Shown here piece after piece: positions 25,039 through 38,660 of a stretch of DNA of 64,000 nucleotides. The notes under the pieces are model-generated. The model saw only the letters and a list, made by a program, of their open reading frames with translations. It did no database searches and had not been told where the DNA came from. Origin of the DNA: Octopus sinensis (lineage: Eukaryota); NCBI RefSeq assembly GCF_006345805.1, contig NC_043006.1, forward strand, positions 87,730,001 to 87,794,000, given 5' to 3'. Numbering within the stretch: position 1 is the stretch's first letter; every line of letters starts with the position of its first letter. The position numbers were made by a program, and so were the translations under genes.

Positions 25039-25071
<33 letters not shown>

Positions 25072-25210
25072 GAGAGAGAGAGGCATAAACACAGAATTTT
25101 ATGTATGTAAATGGATATGAATTCTAAAAGGTAAGTAGCTTGTTTACCAACCACATGGTTCCAGGTTCAGTCCTACTGCATGGCACCTTGGGCAAGTGTC
25201 TTCTACTATA
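24903..25210. repeat. Long inverted duplication centred on (CT)n(TA)n(AG)n
   Basis: 24903-25035 is the reverse complement of 25077-25210 with about 3 mismatches. Confidence 0.93.
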
Positions 25211-25520
25211 GCCTCAGGCCGACCAAAGCCTTGTGAGTGGATTTGGTAGACGGAAACTGAAAGAAGCCCGTCGTATATATATGTATATATATATATGTGT
25301 GCGTGTATGTTTGCATGTCTGTGTTTCTTCCCCCAACATCGCTTGACAACTGATGCTGGTGTGTTTATGTCCCCGTCACTTAGCGGTTCGGCAAAAGAGA
25401 CCGATAGAATAAGTACTGGGCTTACAAAGAATAAGTCCCGGGGTCGAGTTGCTCGATTAAAGGTGGTGCTCCAGCATGGCCGCAGTCAAATGACTGAAAC
25501 AAGTAAAAGAGTAAAAGAGT
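25131..25520 (+). mobile_element. SINE family A
   Basis: Collinear with 42443-42840; tail GTAAAAGAGTAAAAGAG. Confidence 0.9.
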
Positions 25521-26349
25521 AATATTTCTAAATTCAAATCCCACTTTAATTTAACTTTGTAAGGAAAAGGCACAAGAAAATAAATACCAATGAAGAACAA
25601 ACATAAGCATCAATCTAATCATCTACTCACCCACCAAAATTGACACCTTGTACCTATGTTACAAATCAATAAATCCTGTTGTATATGGTTTGATATGGAT
25701 GTATATCTGCATATATATGCATGGTGTATGTATATGCAAAAAGCAGACACAAACAAATTCAAATAAGTAATATATGTATAAAAACTATTTCCAGAATCCT
25801 ACAGAAGGCTAAAAATACAAATAGTGTAGATGGAAGCAACTGGCTGGTCTTTGCTATCAAATAATGGATTTTGTTTCCTATTTTGTTTTGGATTTTTTTA
25901 TTCTAACTTTTGCCATTAAAGTGCAGCTCAGAAATAATGACTGACATTAAGTACATTAAGGAAAATGGACAATATATTTCAACTGTATAGCAGTGAAAAA
26001 AAAATAATGGAGGAGGTGGGGAATAATAAATAAATCCTAGCATAATGAACATTCAAGTCTGCTGATAGATGCAGACAGTAGTTTGTGGCTTGCTATAGTC
26101 ATCACTATTTACAAATAGCATTCTACATTTGGCTTCATCATTTTTTTTTTTTTATTTTAGTCACCATGAATTGCATGTCATGTAATAGAACATCTAAAAA
26201 CATCAGTGAAGGGCAGTGGATGATAGAATCAGTGACCATCAATTGTAACTGATGGAAAATCAGTTGTAGCCAAGTATTGCTTTGCTGTATCTTGTTACAA
26301 TTGTTTACCTTCTAAGTTCCAATCCTGCCAAGATTAACTCTGCATTAAT

Positions 26350-26582
26350 TAAGGTGGCGAGCTGGCAGAAACGTTAGCATGTCGAGTGTAATGCTTAGCG
26401 GTATTTCTTCTGCCATTACGTTCTGAGTTCAAATTCCACCGAGGTCGACTTTGCCTTTCATCTTTTGGGGTCAATAAATTAAGTACTAGTTATGCACTGG
26501 GGTCGATGGAATCAACTTAATCTGTTTGTCTGTCCTTGTTTGTCCCCTCTATGTTTAGCCCCTTGTGGGCAATAAAGAAATA
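26350..26582 (+). mobile_element. SINE family B
   Basis: AAGGTGGCGAGCTGGCAGAAACGTTAGC...GAGTTCAAATTCC...AATAAAGAAATA. Confidence 0.88.
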
Positions 26583-27235
26583 AGATTAAATCTGCATTTC
26601 ATCTTTCTAAGATCCAACCTAATTTCACTGTTTAAGTTCTCGTTTTCTTTAATAATTTTCAGAAGAATTTAACTACTCCTAGAAAATATCACAAAAAGAA
26701 AAAAAAAAGTGGTTATAATTTGGATGGGAATAGTATAAGAAAATATGGATAGTAAGCTAGTGTGGAAAATTAGCTTTATCATTCATTTGGTAAACATATT
26801 TTCCCATGCTAGCTTGGGCTGGATGAGGATATATTTGAGGTAGCATGTTTGGTTAGATGTTCTTCCTGACACAAACCTTCATTTCTTTCCAAAGTAAACA
26901 ATTTTTCACTCATCAGCACAGAATGACCAATCATAATGTTGATACCGATTGTAAACATCATTCACAGTTCTGCTAAAACAAAAGCTTCTGGCAGTGCAGA
27001 TACATGCATATGTATACATACACACATGGACACATACATATGCACACACACACATGCATATGTACACACATGTGTTTATGTATAGATGTATAATACAGCA
27101 GGCTTCCTTTATTTTCATTGTATCAAATTCACTGCTGGACTACAGTTGAAGACATTTGCTTCATGTGCCGCACAGTCAAGGTGAACATGAAACTTTGTGA
27201 TTGCAGAGTAAATTTCTTTACCTGTATCTGTTTAC

Positions 27236-27612
27236 TCTCTTTACTTGTTTCAGTCATTTGACTGTGGCCATGCTGACACCCAGGACTTATTCTTTGTAAG
27301 CCTAGTACTTATTCTATCAGTCTCTTTTGCCGAACCACTGAGTTATGGGGGATGTAAACACATCAGCATCGGTTGTCAAGCGATTTTGGGGGCAACAAAT
27401 ATGCACACACAAACACACACACATATATATATATATATACATATATACGACAGGCTTCTTTCAGTTTCTGTCTACCAAATCCACTTAAAAAGCTTTGGTC
27501 AGCCCGAGGCTATATTAGAAGACAGTTGCCCAAGGTGCCACGCAGTGAGACTGAACCCGGAACTGTGTGGTTCGTAAGCAATCTACTTACCACACAGCCA
27601 CTCTTATGCCTG
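27236..27612 (-). mobile_element. SINE family A
   Basis: Reverse complement of the family A consensus with a small internal deletion. Confidence 0.85.
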
Positions 27613-27719
27613 TTTGATGAAATTTTTTTTTTTGTCTATAACACATGGCTGAAAGAGGATGTTGATTTACAAATCTTGGTGAGAGAGTTTCCAGCTACAA
27701 AATATGTTGTTGTTGTTTG

Positions 27720-28016
27720 TTCCTTTTCGAGCCATGCCTGGCTCGTAATGGCCAGTTACCCGGATTCCTTGGCGGATAGGTTCCCCACCTGGATGGGACA
27801 CCGGTCCGTCGCAGGTGAGCTGCAAGATGCAGGAGGAAAGAGTGAGAGAAAGTTGTGGCGAAAGAGTCAGCAGAAGTTTGACATTACCTTCTGCAGGAGC
27901 TGCGTGGAGCTTAGGTATTTCGCTCATAAACACACACATCGCTCAGTCTGAGATTCAAACTGGCGATCCCTCGACCGTGAGTTCGCTGCTGTAACCACTA
28001 GGCCATGTGCCTCCAC
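27720..28016 (-). mobile_element. tRNA-derived SINE family D1
   Basis: Minus strand GTGGAGGCACATGGCCTAGTGGTTA (A box)...GTTTGAATCTC (B box); head and body shared with 28783-29093, different tail. Confidence 0.8.
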
Positions 28017-28395
28017 AGCTACAAAACATAGCTGAGAACAACTAATCGAAAGGAGAAGGCACTACAGGTGAGTAAATAGAACATGCTTTGCTGTGTTACT
28101 TTTCAAATGATAGAGTGTAAATAGACTGATTGATTCTGTGTAGTCATCATGGTGTCATAGAGAGAGTGAAATGCCAGGAAGGATTAGTTGGGTTAATATT
28201 CCATTTGAATTATTGCAGGTTCAGTGGATTGTGATGGAACTGAAGATTGAGAAATGTTTTCATGAAATAAGAAGAACCAAAATATTTCAGATAGAGACAG
28301 AACAAATGACAGATAGAAATAGATGTTTTATTTGATTGTCTATGATAATGTGATGGGAAAATGTATGCATATGTGTGTGTGTGTGTGTATGTATG

Positions 28396-28427
<32 letters not shown>

Positions 28428-28468
28428 CATATGTATGTATGTATATACATATATATATATTATATATA

Positions 28469-28518
28469 TATGTACATAAGTATGTATATATGTATATATA
28501 TATGTACATAAGTATGTA

Positions 28519-28558
<40 letters not shown>

Positions 28559-28580
28559 TAAGTATGTATATATGTATATA
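28469..28580. repeat. Minisatellite TATGTACATAAGTATGTATATA x3 within TA tract
   Basis: Unit at about 28469, 28501 and 28551. Confidence 0.85.
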
Positions 28581-28584
28581 TTGT

Positions 28585-28780
28585 GACCTCCTTCGGTCAC
28601 GAATGAGCATGGGATTGCACCTAGAAAGTTACCCTCCAAGTTACAAGTGTGGGCAAGGTTGTTTATGGAAGACCAGCAGTCGCTCACACATACCAGCCTC
28701 TCCTCTCCACACCACCGATGTTATCCAAAGGAAAGGCAAAGGCCAATACAGCTTGGCACCAGTGACATCGCAACTCATTT
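28585..28780 (-). mobile_element. SINE family C, 3' half
   Basis: Reverse complement of about 2088-2284. Confidence 0.8.
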
Positions 28781-28782
28781 AT

Positions 28783-29093
28783 TAACGTGCAAGTGGCTGA
28801 GCACTCCACAAACACGTGTACCCTTAACGTAGTTCTCAAGGAGACTCAGCGTGACACAGAGTGTGACAAGGCTGGCCCCTTTGAAATACAGGTACAACAG
28901 AAACAGGAAGAAAGAGTGAGAGGAAGTTGTGGGGAAAGAGTACAGTAGGGTTCCCCACCACCCCCTGCCGGAGCCTCGTGGAGCTTTAGGTGTTTTCACT
29001 CAATAAACACTAACAATGCCCGGTCTGGGAATCGAAACCGCGATCCTACGACCGCGAGTCCGCTGCCCTAACCACCGGGCCATTGCGCCTCCA
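28783..29093 (-). mobile_element. tRNA-derived SINE family D2
   Basis: Minus strand GTGGAGGCGCAATGGCCCGGTGGTTAGGGCAGCGGAC...GGTTTCGATTCCC, a well preserved tRNA-like head. Confidence 0.85.
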
Positions 29094-29119
29094 CTTATTA
29101 CATATATACATGTACAAAT

Positions 29120-29154
<35 letters not shown>

Positions 29155-29197
29155 TATTTATGTATATACATATATATGTGTGTGTGTATGCATATAC

Positions 29198-29228
<31 letters not shown>

Positions 29229-29261
29229 TGCATACATACATTTATATGTGCATGTAAACAT

Positions 29262-29294
<33 letters not shown>

Positions 29295-29295
<1 letters not shown>

Positions 29296-29902
29296 TAGCA
29301 GTATTGCCCAGCTCAACGGGGATTTCAGGGGAGAGTTTCAGGGAGTCGCTGGCAATGTATCGTGATGATCAAAAATCCAGCCAGCTAAAATTTGGTTAAA
29401 GTGATTCAAACTGCAGACTCAACGCAAAATGGTCACATTTAATTCAAAGCGTTAAAAATGTTTTGAAAACAATTGGTATGTGTTCACAAAGTCCAAACGA
29501 TTAATACGAAAAACCCTCTAGGCTACATCCCGAAAATTCATTTCTTTGCCAAATTTCTACAATGTTTACGGCGATTCGTCTTTTCTTGATTTTTTATTTT
29601 TCATGCAATTTACGTTTGCTTGCAAGCGTGGTGAACACAGTTCACATCAAACAGCTGACTGAGTAAAGTTCACTATTCAATGCATGGGATAAGGCCTAAA
29701 CAAACACATTATCGATTTTTGCACTTGCAAGATGAATTTCGGAACAGAAATAGTGCAGTTCAATTCTCATTCGCCTAAACTTTAAGTGACCGATTTTTGG
29801 TGGTTCTACGATTTGTTGGCTAGGAGATGTGACGGGAAGTTGAACACACAGACACATACACGGATACACACACAGACACACAAGTTGAGTTTTACATATA
29901 TA
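29295..29902 (-). mobile_element. Non-autonomous Helitron
   Basis: Minus-strand 3' end with GC-rich subterminal hairpin remnant then CTAG-T at 29295; TATATA-rich opposite end; end resembles 57243-57275. Confidence 0.65.
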
Positions 29903-32353
29903 TTAAATATATAAATTAAATAATAAAAAAAAAGCAATTCTCTTAGCCTAAGCTGTCTTCCAGAATATTTCTTATTAAATGAAAAATAATGACCATAGAA
30001 AGTGAAGTTAAATTTTAAATTAGTTTGAAAAAATTAAAAACATAAATGAAGATTAAGATAAAAATATAAATATTATAAACAGAATTCAATTACATATTTA
30101 AATTTATATATTTTTTCAGTCATTTGACTGTGGCCATGCTGGAGCACCACCTTTAGTCGAACAAATAACCTCAGGACTAATTTTTTGTAAGCCTAGTACT
30201 TACTCTATCGGTCTCTTTTGCCAAACTGCTAATTTATATAATGAACTGATTTTGTTTTTAAAAATGAAAAGAAAAATTGTTATACAGGCTGTGAATATCA
30301 CTTTTTTTTTCCTGTCAGTTTCTACCTCTGATTTGGTGAGACAGTGAGAGAACCTGTATGTAATAACCTGACCTATAAAAAATAGTAGCCAAATCTCTCT
30401 AGAACATCCTATCACTATCTTTAAAGATGAGAACATTTGACAATTTCATTTAGGATACCAGAAAGAGAAGGGATTGCTATGCATCTAGGTCTAGTCACTT
30501 AGAATTATCCTTTAGTTTAACAATAACAACAATCCATGATTCTTTTGCATCAATTTTAATATATATCTCCTCATTCTGTGAGGTTTAAAGATACAGATGA
30601 GCTTCTAATTATGACACAATATGCGTGTCATCAGGAAAGCAAATAAATTTTATATTGTGTCCGATATAGAGTAAACATGTTTTGAAAAGCATTTGATGTA
30701 GGTAAGTGCAGAAATATTCTAGAAAGAAATATAGTGAATCACAGATTAAAATGGGTTAGTTATGCCATAGTGGTTGTTCAATTATCTGCAGATGATGATC
30801 AGTAGCCATAACCTGGCTTGGCTGCATGAAAGTTAGTGTGATTAATGATTCATTAAATTGTTGGTGGTTAGCAAGAGAATGCTTTCAAGAATGGTGTACC
30901 AAGGAATACATTTAAAAAGATGAAAAATTGGATAAGTTACATAGAAAGGTATCTGAGTGATAACAAAAAGTTGGAGAAACAACAAATGTTGTTGCATAGA
31001 ATGTACTTGTATTGAAAGCTTTCCCACTTCCTCTTCAGACTGTTCATTTAAAATCACATTATTCAATGTGTCTGTCCCCTTTTTCAGATGGTAGGGTGTT
31101 GCTTACAGGAGATTTAGACTATTTCTAGTAGCACTAGTAACTTTTTATAAACCACCAACAAATAACAAAAATTAGCTGATACTTTCACTAAGTTATAATA
31201 TCTTAGCTAAGTGAAAATCAGTAAGATCACAACCGCAGACTCCAATATGGTACGAATAGGTAAGGAGATAATGCAGTTTCATTGTAGATGTACAAGTATT
31301 TCATTGAGATGTAAGTCAAAGGAATTTTCTTGGATTTAAATTCATTTTAGACAAATATAAAGTACCATGCATAGAGTATATTTAAGCTATCAATTACATG
31401 GCTCTTTCTTGAAATTTAATATAGTTTTCTTACTGATTCACAAGTATCATTAAGAAAGTGAAACCAATTCTTTTTCATCAGAACATGCTCCCTTATGAAA
31501 CTTCCTATATACCCATGTCTCTTGCCCCCTTTTTTTCTTACATTTATTGACTTTTGATTAGGAAATTCACCCAGCCATAGAAACTATATCAAACAGACAC
31601 TGGAGTATGATGCAGCCTCCAGATCTGTCAGATCCTGTTAAGTAATCCAATCCATGCCAGTATGGAAGATGAATGTTAAATGATGATAATGGTGACCATT
31701 TCAAGAAGAATACCAATGATTTCAATTGTATAGCTTCAGACAACTTAGCTCCAAAGACAATAACATAGCCTTTTCCTCAAGATTAAGTCATTAAAAAAAA
31801 GCTTTCATTTTGTCTTTTACTGTAGGTATTATCCTGGACCCTGTAAAAGAGTCAACACATTTTAAGAAACCTGGACAAAGTCAAGTCCAACTTATTTATC
31901 AAGGAGATATTATTCACCACTGTTGATCTAGGTGAAAATTATGCAAAACTCCAAATGCACAGATAAATTGATTAGAAAGTACGAGTACCAAACAGTACAT
32001 TTCTGACTAGAAGCAAAAAATACAAGAGTAATTTGTGGAACATTCCATGTTATTGTTAAGATCAAGCAAAATAAATAAATGAAGTAACTTTATCCAAGTT
32101 TCCTTGAATAGAATATTTGTCGGAAGTGTTTGGGGATTGTATTGGCTGACATTAAAGGACATTAAAGAGAGAAATTATATTACAATGAAAGAAAGAGATG
32201 TATGAAAGAAATTACCAATGCAAAATGTCTTCAATACTTATTTTGAGGCTTAAATTCTGCTTTTGATAAAAGAATCCATTTGATTTTAGATAAACAGATG
32301 TGTATATAATTTTTTTATTCAGAAAATGGTTATATATGAATGTATGTGCATAC

Positions 32354-32387
<34 letters not shown>

Positions 32388-33049
32388 ATGTCAGTATTGA
32401 AATGAGTGTTGTTTACTTCAATGTGTTTCAAATCAAGAATATATATAAAAATTTAGTTCTGAAGCCAGTATACAGTGATGTAAACAAAATTATATAATGC
32501 TACAAGCCATCAGTATATTGAGTAAGTAAAGTATACATTCTAAGTTTCAATCTATCCAGTACAGAAGCAGAATGGACTGAAATATGACCAGATCAATCTT
32601 TCCTTGGATAAAAACATAACTTGTTAATGTTAAACAGGATGCGAATAACTTGAAGAAAACCAATTGGAAACTGTTCCCAAGGAAATTATCTTTAAAGAAA
32701 AACAATTCATACATTGCTCAATGGATTTCTAGAATAGATGAAGTTGATATCTGTAAGTTCACAAACAGAAATTATATTGCTATGAAAAAGAGGAGCTGTC
32801 TAAAGATTTGGACACAACAATCTGCTAATATAGAGCCCTTTTTAAAGTGAAATATCTCTTCTTCACAGCAAAGTAATTTATTCTACATTGCAAACTTGGG
32901 GTAGTTACTCTCTTCTGACACAAGCCATCATTAGTCTCCTCAGGCTTAAATAGTTCATCTTCATGATGTACTTGCTATTGTTAAAGATTATTTCATTTTT
33001 GGTCCACCCTTTATTGACAGACTAATAGTTATTATCTTTTGGTTATACT

Positions 33050-33432
33050 ATTTTACTTGTTTCAGTCATTTGACAGCAGCCATGCTAGAACACCACCTTT
33101 AGTCGAGCAAATCAACCCCAGGACTTATTCTTTGTAAGCCTAGTACTTATTCTATCAGTCTCTTTTGCTGAACCACTAAGTTACAGGGACGTAAACACAC
33201 CAGCATCGGTTGTCAAGCAATGTTGGGGGAACTATCACGGATACACAAACACACATACACATATATACATATACATATATACAACAAGCTTCTTTTCAGT
33301 TTCTGTCTACCAAATCCACTTACAAGGCTTTGGTAAGCCCAAGGCTATAATAGAAGAAACTTGCAGTGGGACTGAACCCAGAACCATGTGGCTGGTAAGC
33401 AAGCTACTTACCACACAGCCACTCCTGTGCCT
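33050..33432 (-). mobile_element. SINE family A
   Basis: Reverse complement of the family A consensus. Confidence 0.85.
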
Positions 33433-33479
33433 ATGTTTTCTTCAAGTTATTGAAAGAAAATAAGAATGTTCGTTATAAT

Positions 33480-33675
33480 ATTGGTTTCAAATTTTGGCAC
33501 AAGGCCAGCTATTTCGGGGATGGGGTAAATCAATTGCACCAATCCCAGTGCTCAACTGATACTCATTTTATCAACCCCAAAAGGTTGAACGGCAAAGTCA
33601 ACCTTGGCAGAATTCGAATTCAAAATATAAAGATAGACAAAATGCTGCGAAGCATTCTCCCATCTCACTGCCTTA
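33480..33675 (-). mobile_element. SINE family B variant, degenerate
   Basis: TTTCAAATTTTGGCACAAGGCCAGC...CAACCCCAAAAGGTTGAACGGCAAAGTCAACC; related pieces at 34080-34175, 48465-48570, 61780-61970. Confidence 0.6.
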
Positions 33676-34586
33676 ACTTTGGTTATACTTTGTAGGGAAT
33701 TAATGTTAGATGTAATTTTTGTTGTACGGGTGTTGTGTAAAATATTGGTTAAAAAGAATTATTGTTATTAATTGCCGTTGCTTAACCCTAAGTTTGTCTT
33801 GGTACAGCAGACCAATGATCAAAGTTATTTTAAATGTGATATATATATAGAACGACATTATCTAAAGTTTCTCTCTTTAAAACCTTAGACAGTGATGTAA
33901 GTGCAATTTGGCTGCTATTTCTAGCAAGATGAGCAGCCACATAGATGGTCCTGTGTTAGTTCAATATATATTGACAATGTGATGATGTTGATTAAGGTAA
34001 CAATTGCTTCCTGAAGTTTAATGTGGCAAATGTCTGTAGCTAAGTAATGGCAGTTGAATCCTTACATAAGCAGTGAGCAAATATTGGTTTCAAATTTTAG
34101 CACAAGGCCAGCAAATTCAGGGGAGGGGTATAAGTCAATTACATTGACCCCGAAAGGATGAAAGCAAAGTCAGCCTAAAACATTCTATTAAAAAGGCACA
34201 TAATGCTGCATCCCAGAAAAAAGGCTTTCTCTTAACATTTCTTACCAAAATAAGAAAAAAAAGACCCAGTGACATGCAACTTATTATAAAACAGATCCAA
34301 GAGAGTTTTGTGCTTCCATTGAAGCCATGTGGAATTTGCAAACTCATAAAGAATTTTTCTGTAGATCAGATATCTTTGCCACTTTCTCATAAGGTTAAAT
34401 ATACACATACAAGAAAAAATCTTATCTTCACACATATGCATAAAACTCTGTTAGATAAGGAAATCCTTGAAACAAAAGCTAAATTCATCTACAAAATAAC
34501 TAACAACACAGAATCATTATTGAATCCTTTGTTAATTAAATAAGAACTTCAACACATCTGTAGTCATGGCAGATCACAAACACACG

Positions 34587-34634
<48 letters not shown>

Positions 34635-35635
34635 CTTAAGTGTTTTAGCATATATATATTATAACTTAAAACATTCTCCTTGTTACATAAATGGATGAAC
34701 CACTACAGAGGTAATAAACCTGATAAATATAACAGTAAAGTCCCCCTCATAAATGACATCCTACTATATCAAATGAGAATGACATTATAGTCTCTGATAA
34801 ATAAGAAGGTAGAATGGTCATGGCTGGAATGCATTTAATCAGTGGTATACTAAATCAGATCTAGCATGGGATTAAACAACAATACTTTTCTTACACTTAA
34901 AAACAAAAGTTTTGTTTACATCAGTCAACTCTCCCAAACTGGGGACACCAATGTGGTTGATGTTAACTGTCATCCTTCTTTGGTTCAATCAGGTCGGCAA
35001 CCATCATTTTCACTATTTCCTAAACATGGTTGCATACTTACACCAACCAATTGAATCCAACGCCTCCCAATATCTAACAGTATGAAATACAGTGAGCTTC
35101 CAAATCACAACTACAACAGCCTGTCATCTGCTGAATAACAGAGTTACATACTATTTTATACAGTCCCATCATATAAACAAGATTTCTCCCCTCATCCCCT
35201 ACAACACCTCACATTTTCAGTTTCCAAGCAAAAATTTAGTTCAATTTTTCTTCAAAAGAGCTACAACCTTCAGGGTTTTTCTCCCACCTATGTTGTTAAG
35301 CCCCAGGTCAGCCTGAACTGAGTTGACCTATGATCAAATGTATTCTGGCTATCAGCATTTATCTTTTATAACATTGTGTACCAAATACAATGTTTCTCAA
35401 TTTAGTTTTAGATATATTTTTAAAGGTAGAGAGAGATGTGATTTTAGGGATATTTGGCTGTGAGTTGTCACATAGAGGTTCTTTACTAGATGTCTTACCT
35501 ATAATTGTTTAATCCTGTTTCAGTTATGATTGAAGAGATCTATGCTCAAGAACAGCCAAGCAATGTGACCTCGTGTGTACCGTTGGCGATTTTTTTTCCT
35601 CTGTCTTCTTATCTCTGGATCTTTCCTTCTCCTAT

Positions 35636-35670
35636 GTTTCTGATGAAGAGCTCCACTCGAAACATTAAAC
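35636..35670 (+). ncRNA. Minimal type I hammerhead motif (CpG-decayed) in a ~190-bp repeat (about 35570-35760)
   Basis: GTTT-CTGATGA-A-GAG-CTCCA-CTC-GAAA-CA-TT-AAAC; downstream TTCCTGAGCGT..AATAATAC shared with the 49959 locus. Confidence 0.6.
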
Positions 35671-36606
35671 CCTCCTTCTTTCCTGAGCGTCCAATAATAC
35701 TATATTTGTTCCACGTCCTCGCATTGTTGTGTTTTTTTGTGCTTTCTTGTTTGGATTAACTCAATGACCAACCCATTTCTTTTGCTTTGATTTTTATTTT
35801 TTCAGCAATATCCAGACTACATTATTTGGTGTGTCCTTTAAGACAATAGGATGTAGTTAGTTTGTAGTCTGACGTTTCTAGCAAATCAAGCAGCTATGTA
35901 GAATTTCCCTTGTAGGCATATCCCCTCACAAGTGTTTTATAAAGATGTCAAGCTTGGATGTTTTAAACTTAATATCCATCAAATTGTTCTCAGCTGTGTG
36001 AGAGAGAACCAAGAAAGGTTACAGGCACTGCCCTTATCACTCCAGCTTGCTAATACAAAACTTAATGTAAAAGCTAGTTTATCAGCCAAACAGTTAGCTT
36101 TCGGAGTTGCTCATTGGAGGAGAGAGACTTAGTATTTGGAAACATTACTGAAGGTTGATGGTAGAATGCATTGTGTAAGAAATATTCTGATAGTCTTGTA
36201 TTCTTTGTGAAATTGTTGCTGTAGCTTCTGGCCAACTTTAATCAACCAGATCTATGATAAAAGTCATTCCACTGGTGACAATTCTATCTTTTTAGTGATA
36301 TGTAGGACTATAGTGTCTAATATATGCCCTTTCTTCAAGTAAACTAGTGAAGTGTAACTTGAGGAATATTTGCTTGCTATTTCTAGCAGGTCAAATAATA
36401 CAATAGAATTTTTATCATTGGGTAAATAATTGTGATGTTTAGAAAGGCTGTGAGTGAATTGGTAATATCAAGATTATTTATGGATATGTGATGCTTGTTT
36501 GCATTTTAGCCTGGTTTCACAATTCTTATGACTACCTCTTTTTCAGATTTTGTAGATTTGACAAAGTTACCATGATCAGTCAACAACACTGGAAAAACAT
36601 ACTTAA

Positions 36607-36826
36607 CCCTTTAGCATTTAAAGTAGCTATATCTGGCCAAAATATTCTACGTGTTTTATAATCAGACTGGCCAGATCTGGCGTCTCACACCAACCCTACA
36701 ATATAATTCTAAAAATTATCAGCTATTTCTTCAAAATCTCAAAGTTACAACATAATGCATGATTAATATAAAACAGTGAGAATACAGATGCATTATGTCT
36801 GACAGAATAATGTGAATATTCAAGGG
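36607..36826. mobile_element. piggyBac-type MITE
   Basis: TTAA-CCCTTTAGCATT ... AATATTCAAGGG-TTAA: TTAA target duplication and CCC/GGG termini. Confidence 0.75.
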
Positions 36827-37349
36827 TTAAAGCACTCAGAACTTGAAACAGAAATTTAATTCACCAAAATTTTCAAGTCCTGACTTTTTGGCATCTTTGG
36901 ATTTCCTGTATTTTTGGGGGGCATCTGATGAATGAAAGGTGCCATAATGATGCTAATGGAAGGTGTGTACCTTATGGCTTGTGTTTGTCATTTACATGTG
37001 ACCTTTGGTGACTGACTTTGTAAAAAGTGTTTGATGAGTTTACCTAATGTTGAAGTTCTAATTGTGACATGATGTCATGTGAAAGTCATTAGTGTCATTG
37101 ATGTTAATTACTTTAATATTTAACTCCTTGTTTTGTAGTTGATGTTAGATACAAATATCTGCCAGAATATTGTTTTTTTCCTTTTGCATGTTTTCTTTGT
37201 TGTGTGATGTTGAGTTATATTGCTATCAAGTGTGATGTTAATGTATTGTGCTTGAAATTCTCTCTAGGTCCTTTTTTGATTATTATTATTATTATTAGAT
37301 CAGCAATTTTAGATCTGAAATTAGCATTGTATTTTAATGTTACTACTTA

Positions 37350-37752
37350 CTCTTTTACTTGTTTCAGTCATTTGACTGCAGCCATGCTAGAGCACCGCCT
37401 TTTGTCAAACAAGTCGACCCCAGGACTTATTCTTTGAAAGCCTAGTACTAATTCTATCAGTCTTTTTTGCTAAACCGCTAAGTTATGGCGACGTAAATAC
37501 ACCAGCATCAGTAGTCAAGTGATGATGGGTGGATAAACACAGACACACAAACACACACATATATATATATATATATACATACATATATACGATGGGCTTC
37601 TTTCAGTTTCCACCTACTAAATCCACTCACAAGGCTTTGGTCGGCCCGAAGCTATAGTAGAAGACACTTGCCCAAGATCCCAGGCAGTGGAACTGAACCC
37701 GGAACCCTGTGGTTGGTAAGCAAGCTACTTACCACACAGCCACACCTGCGCC
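37350..37752 (-). mobile_element. SINE family A
   Basis: Full-length reverse complement copy. Confidence 0.88.
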
Positions 37753-38344
37753 TACTTGAGATATTTTGTTTTGGAAGCCACTGCTATTACTCATACTGAG
37801 TGCATGCAGTGCAGTATCTGCAGTGGCGGTTGTGGTAATGTTCAGTTCTGTGATTCTATAATTCAACAACATCAGTAAGATGCAGAAGGCAAACTAATAA
37901 ATGCAAAACAATGCACAAATGCTATATTTATTCAATAGAAAGAAATAATGTTAACATGCTAACAAATATACATGAACTTCAATTCATTACACCAATCTTA
38001 ATTAGGTTTTTAATTTCTCCATAGCAAGTCACAGTTTATAAAGAACACAAGCTAATGTACTTCATTTTATCATAAGCAGTATGTACACACATACACACAC
38101 CATAAAAAGACTTGCTTTATAAATGAAACAAACGCAAAATAAAAGAACATTGGGAGATAAAAGGAGCACAGCTTATTGCAGGTAGCTCCAAATTTCACAA
38201 GCAAGCCAACAAGAAAACCTTTGTGTTGTTGCTTATATTACTCAAACATTGGATTTACATGTCAAAGATCCTCTTCATCAAATCTGGTGCTTGATCAAGC
38301 CTGGAGCTTATACAACACTACACTTCTCTTCATTTCTTCCCATA

Positions 38345-38660
38345 GGTATAGGAGTGGCTGTGTGGTAAGTAGCTTGCTTACCAACCACATGGTTCCGGGT
38401 TCAGTCCCACTGCGTGGCACCTTGGGCAACTGTCTTCTAGTGTATTTGGTAGGTGGAAACTGAAAGAAGCCCGTCGTATATATGTATATATATGTATGTG
38501 TGTATAAGTTTGTGTGTCTGTGTTTGTACCCCCAACATTACTTGACAACCGATACTGGTGTGTTTACGTCCCCGCCACTTAGCGGTTTGGCAAAAGCGGC
38601 TGATTTGCTCGACTAAAGGCAGTGCTCCAGCATGGCCACAGTCAAATGACTGAAACAAGT
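38345..38660 (+). mobile_element. SINE family A, internally deleted
   Basis: Collinear with 42443-42840, lacking about 45 bp near the 3' end. Confidence 0.85.

Noticed and set aside
29020-29093. tRNA-like sequence
   Set aside because: Head of a SINE, continuous with SINE body; no proper acceptor stem or terminator
30600-30640. CTGATGA plus hairpin on the minus strand
   Set aside because: No GAAA or stem III; plain ATGACAC/GTGTCAT hairpin
28060-31900. Plus-strand consensus splice sites (28064, 30701, 31258, 31826)
   Set aside because: No consistent open exons link them; expected by chance in AT-rich DNA
34274-34570. Possible decayed Penelope GIY-YIG remnant (LSSHI, LLN...ELQHICSH)
   Set aside because: Needs several frameshifts; too weak to call without an HMM search
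36918-36945. CTGATGA-AT-GAAA
   Set aside because: No stem II, stem III or cleavage triplet
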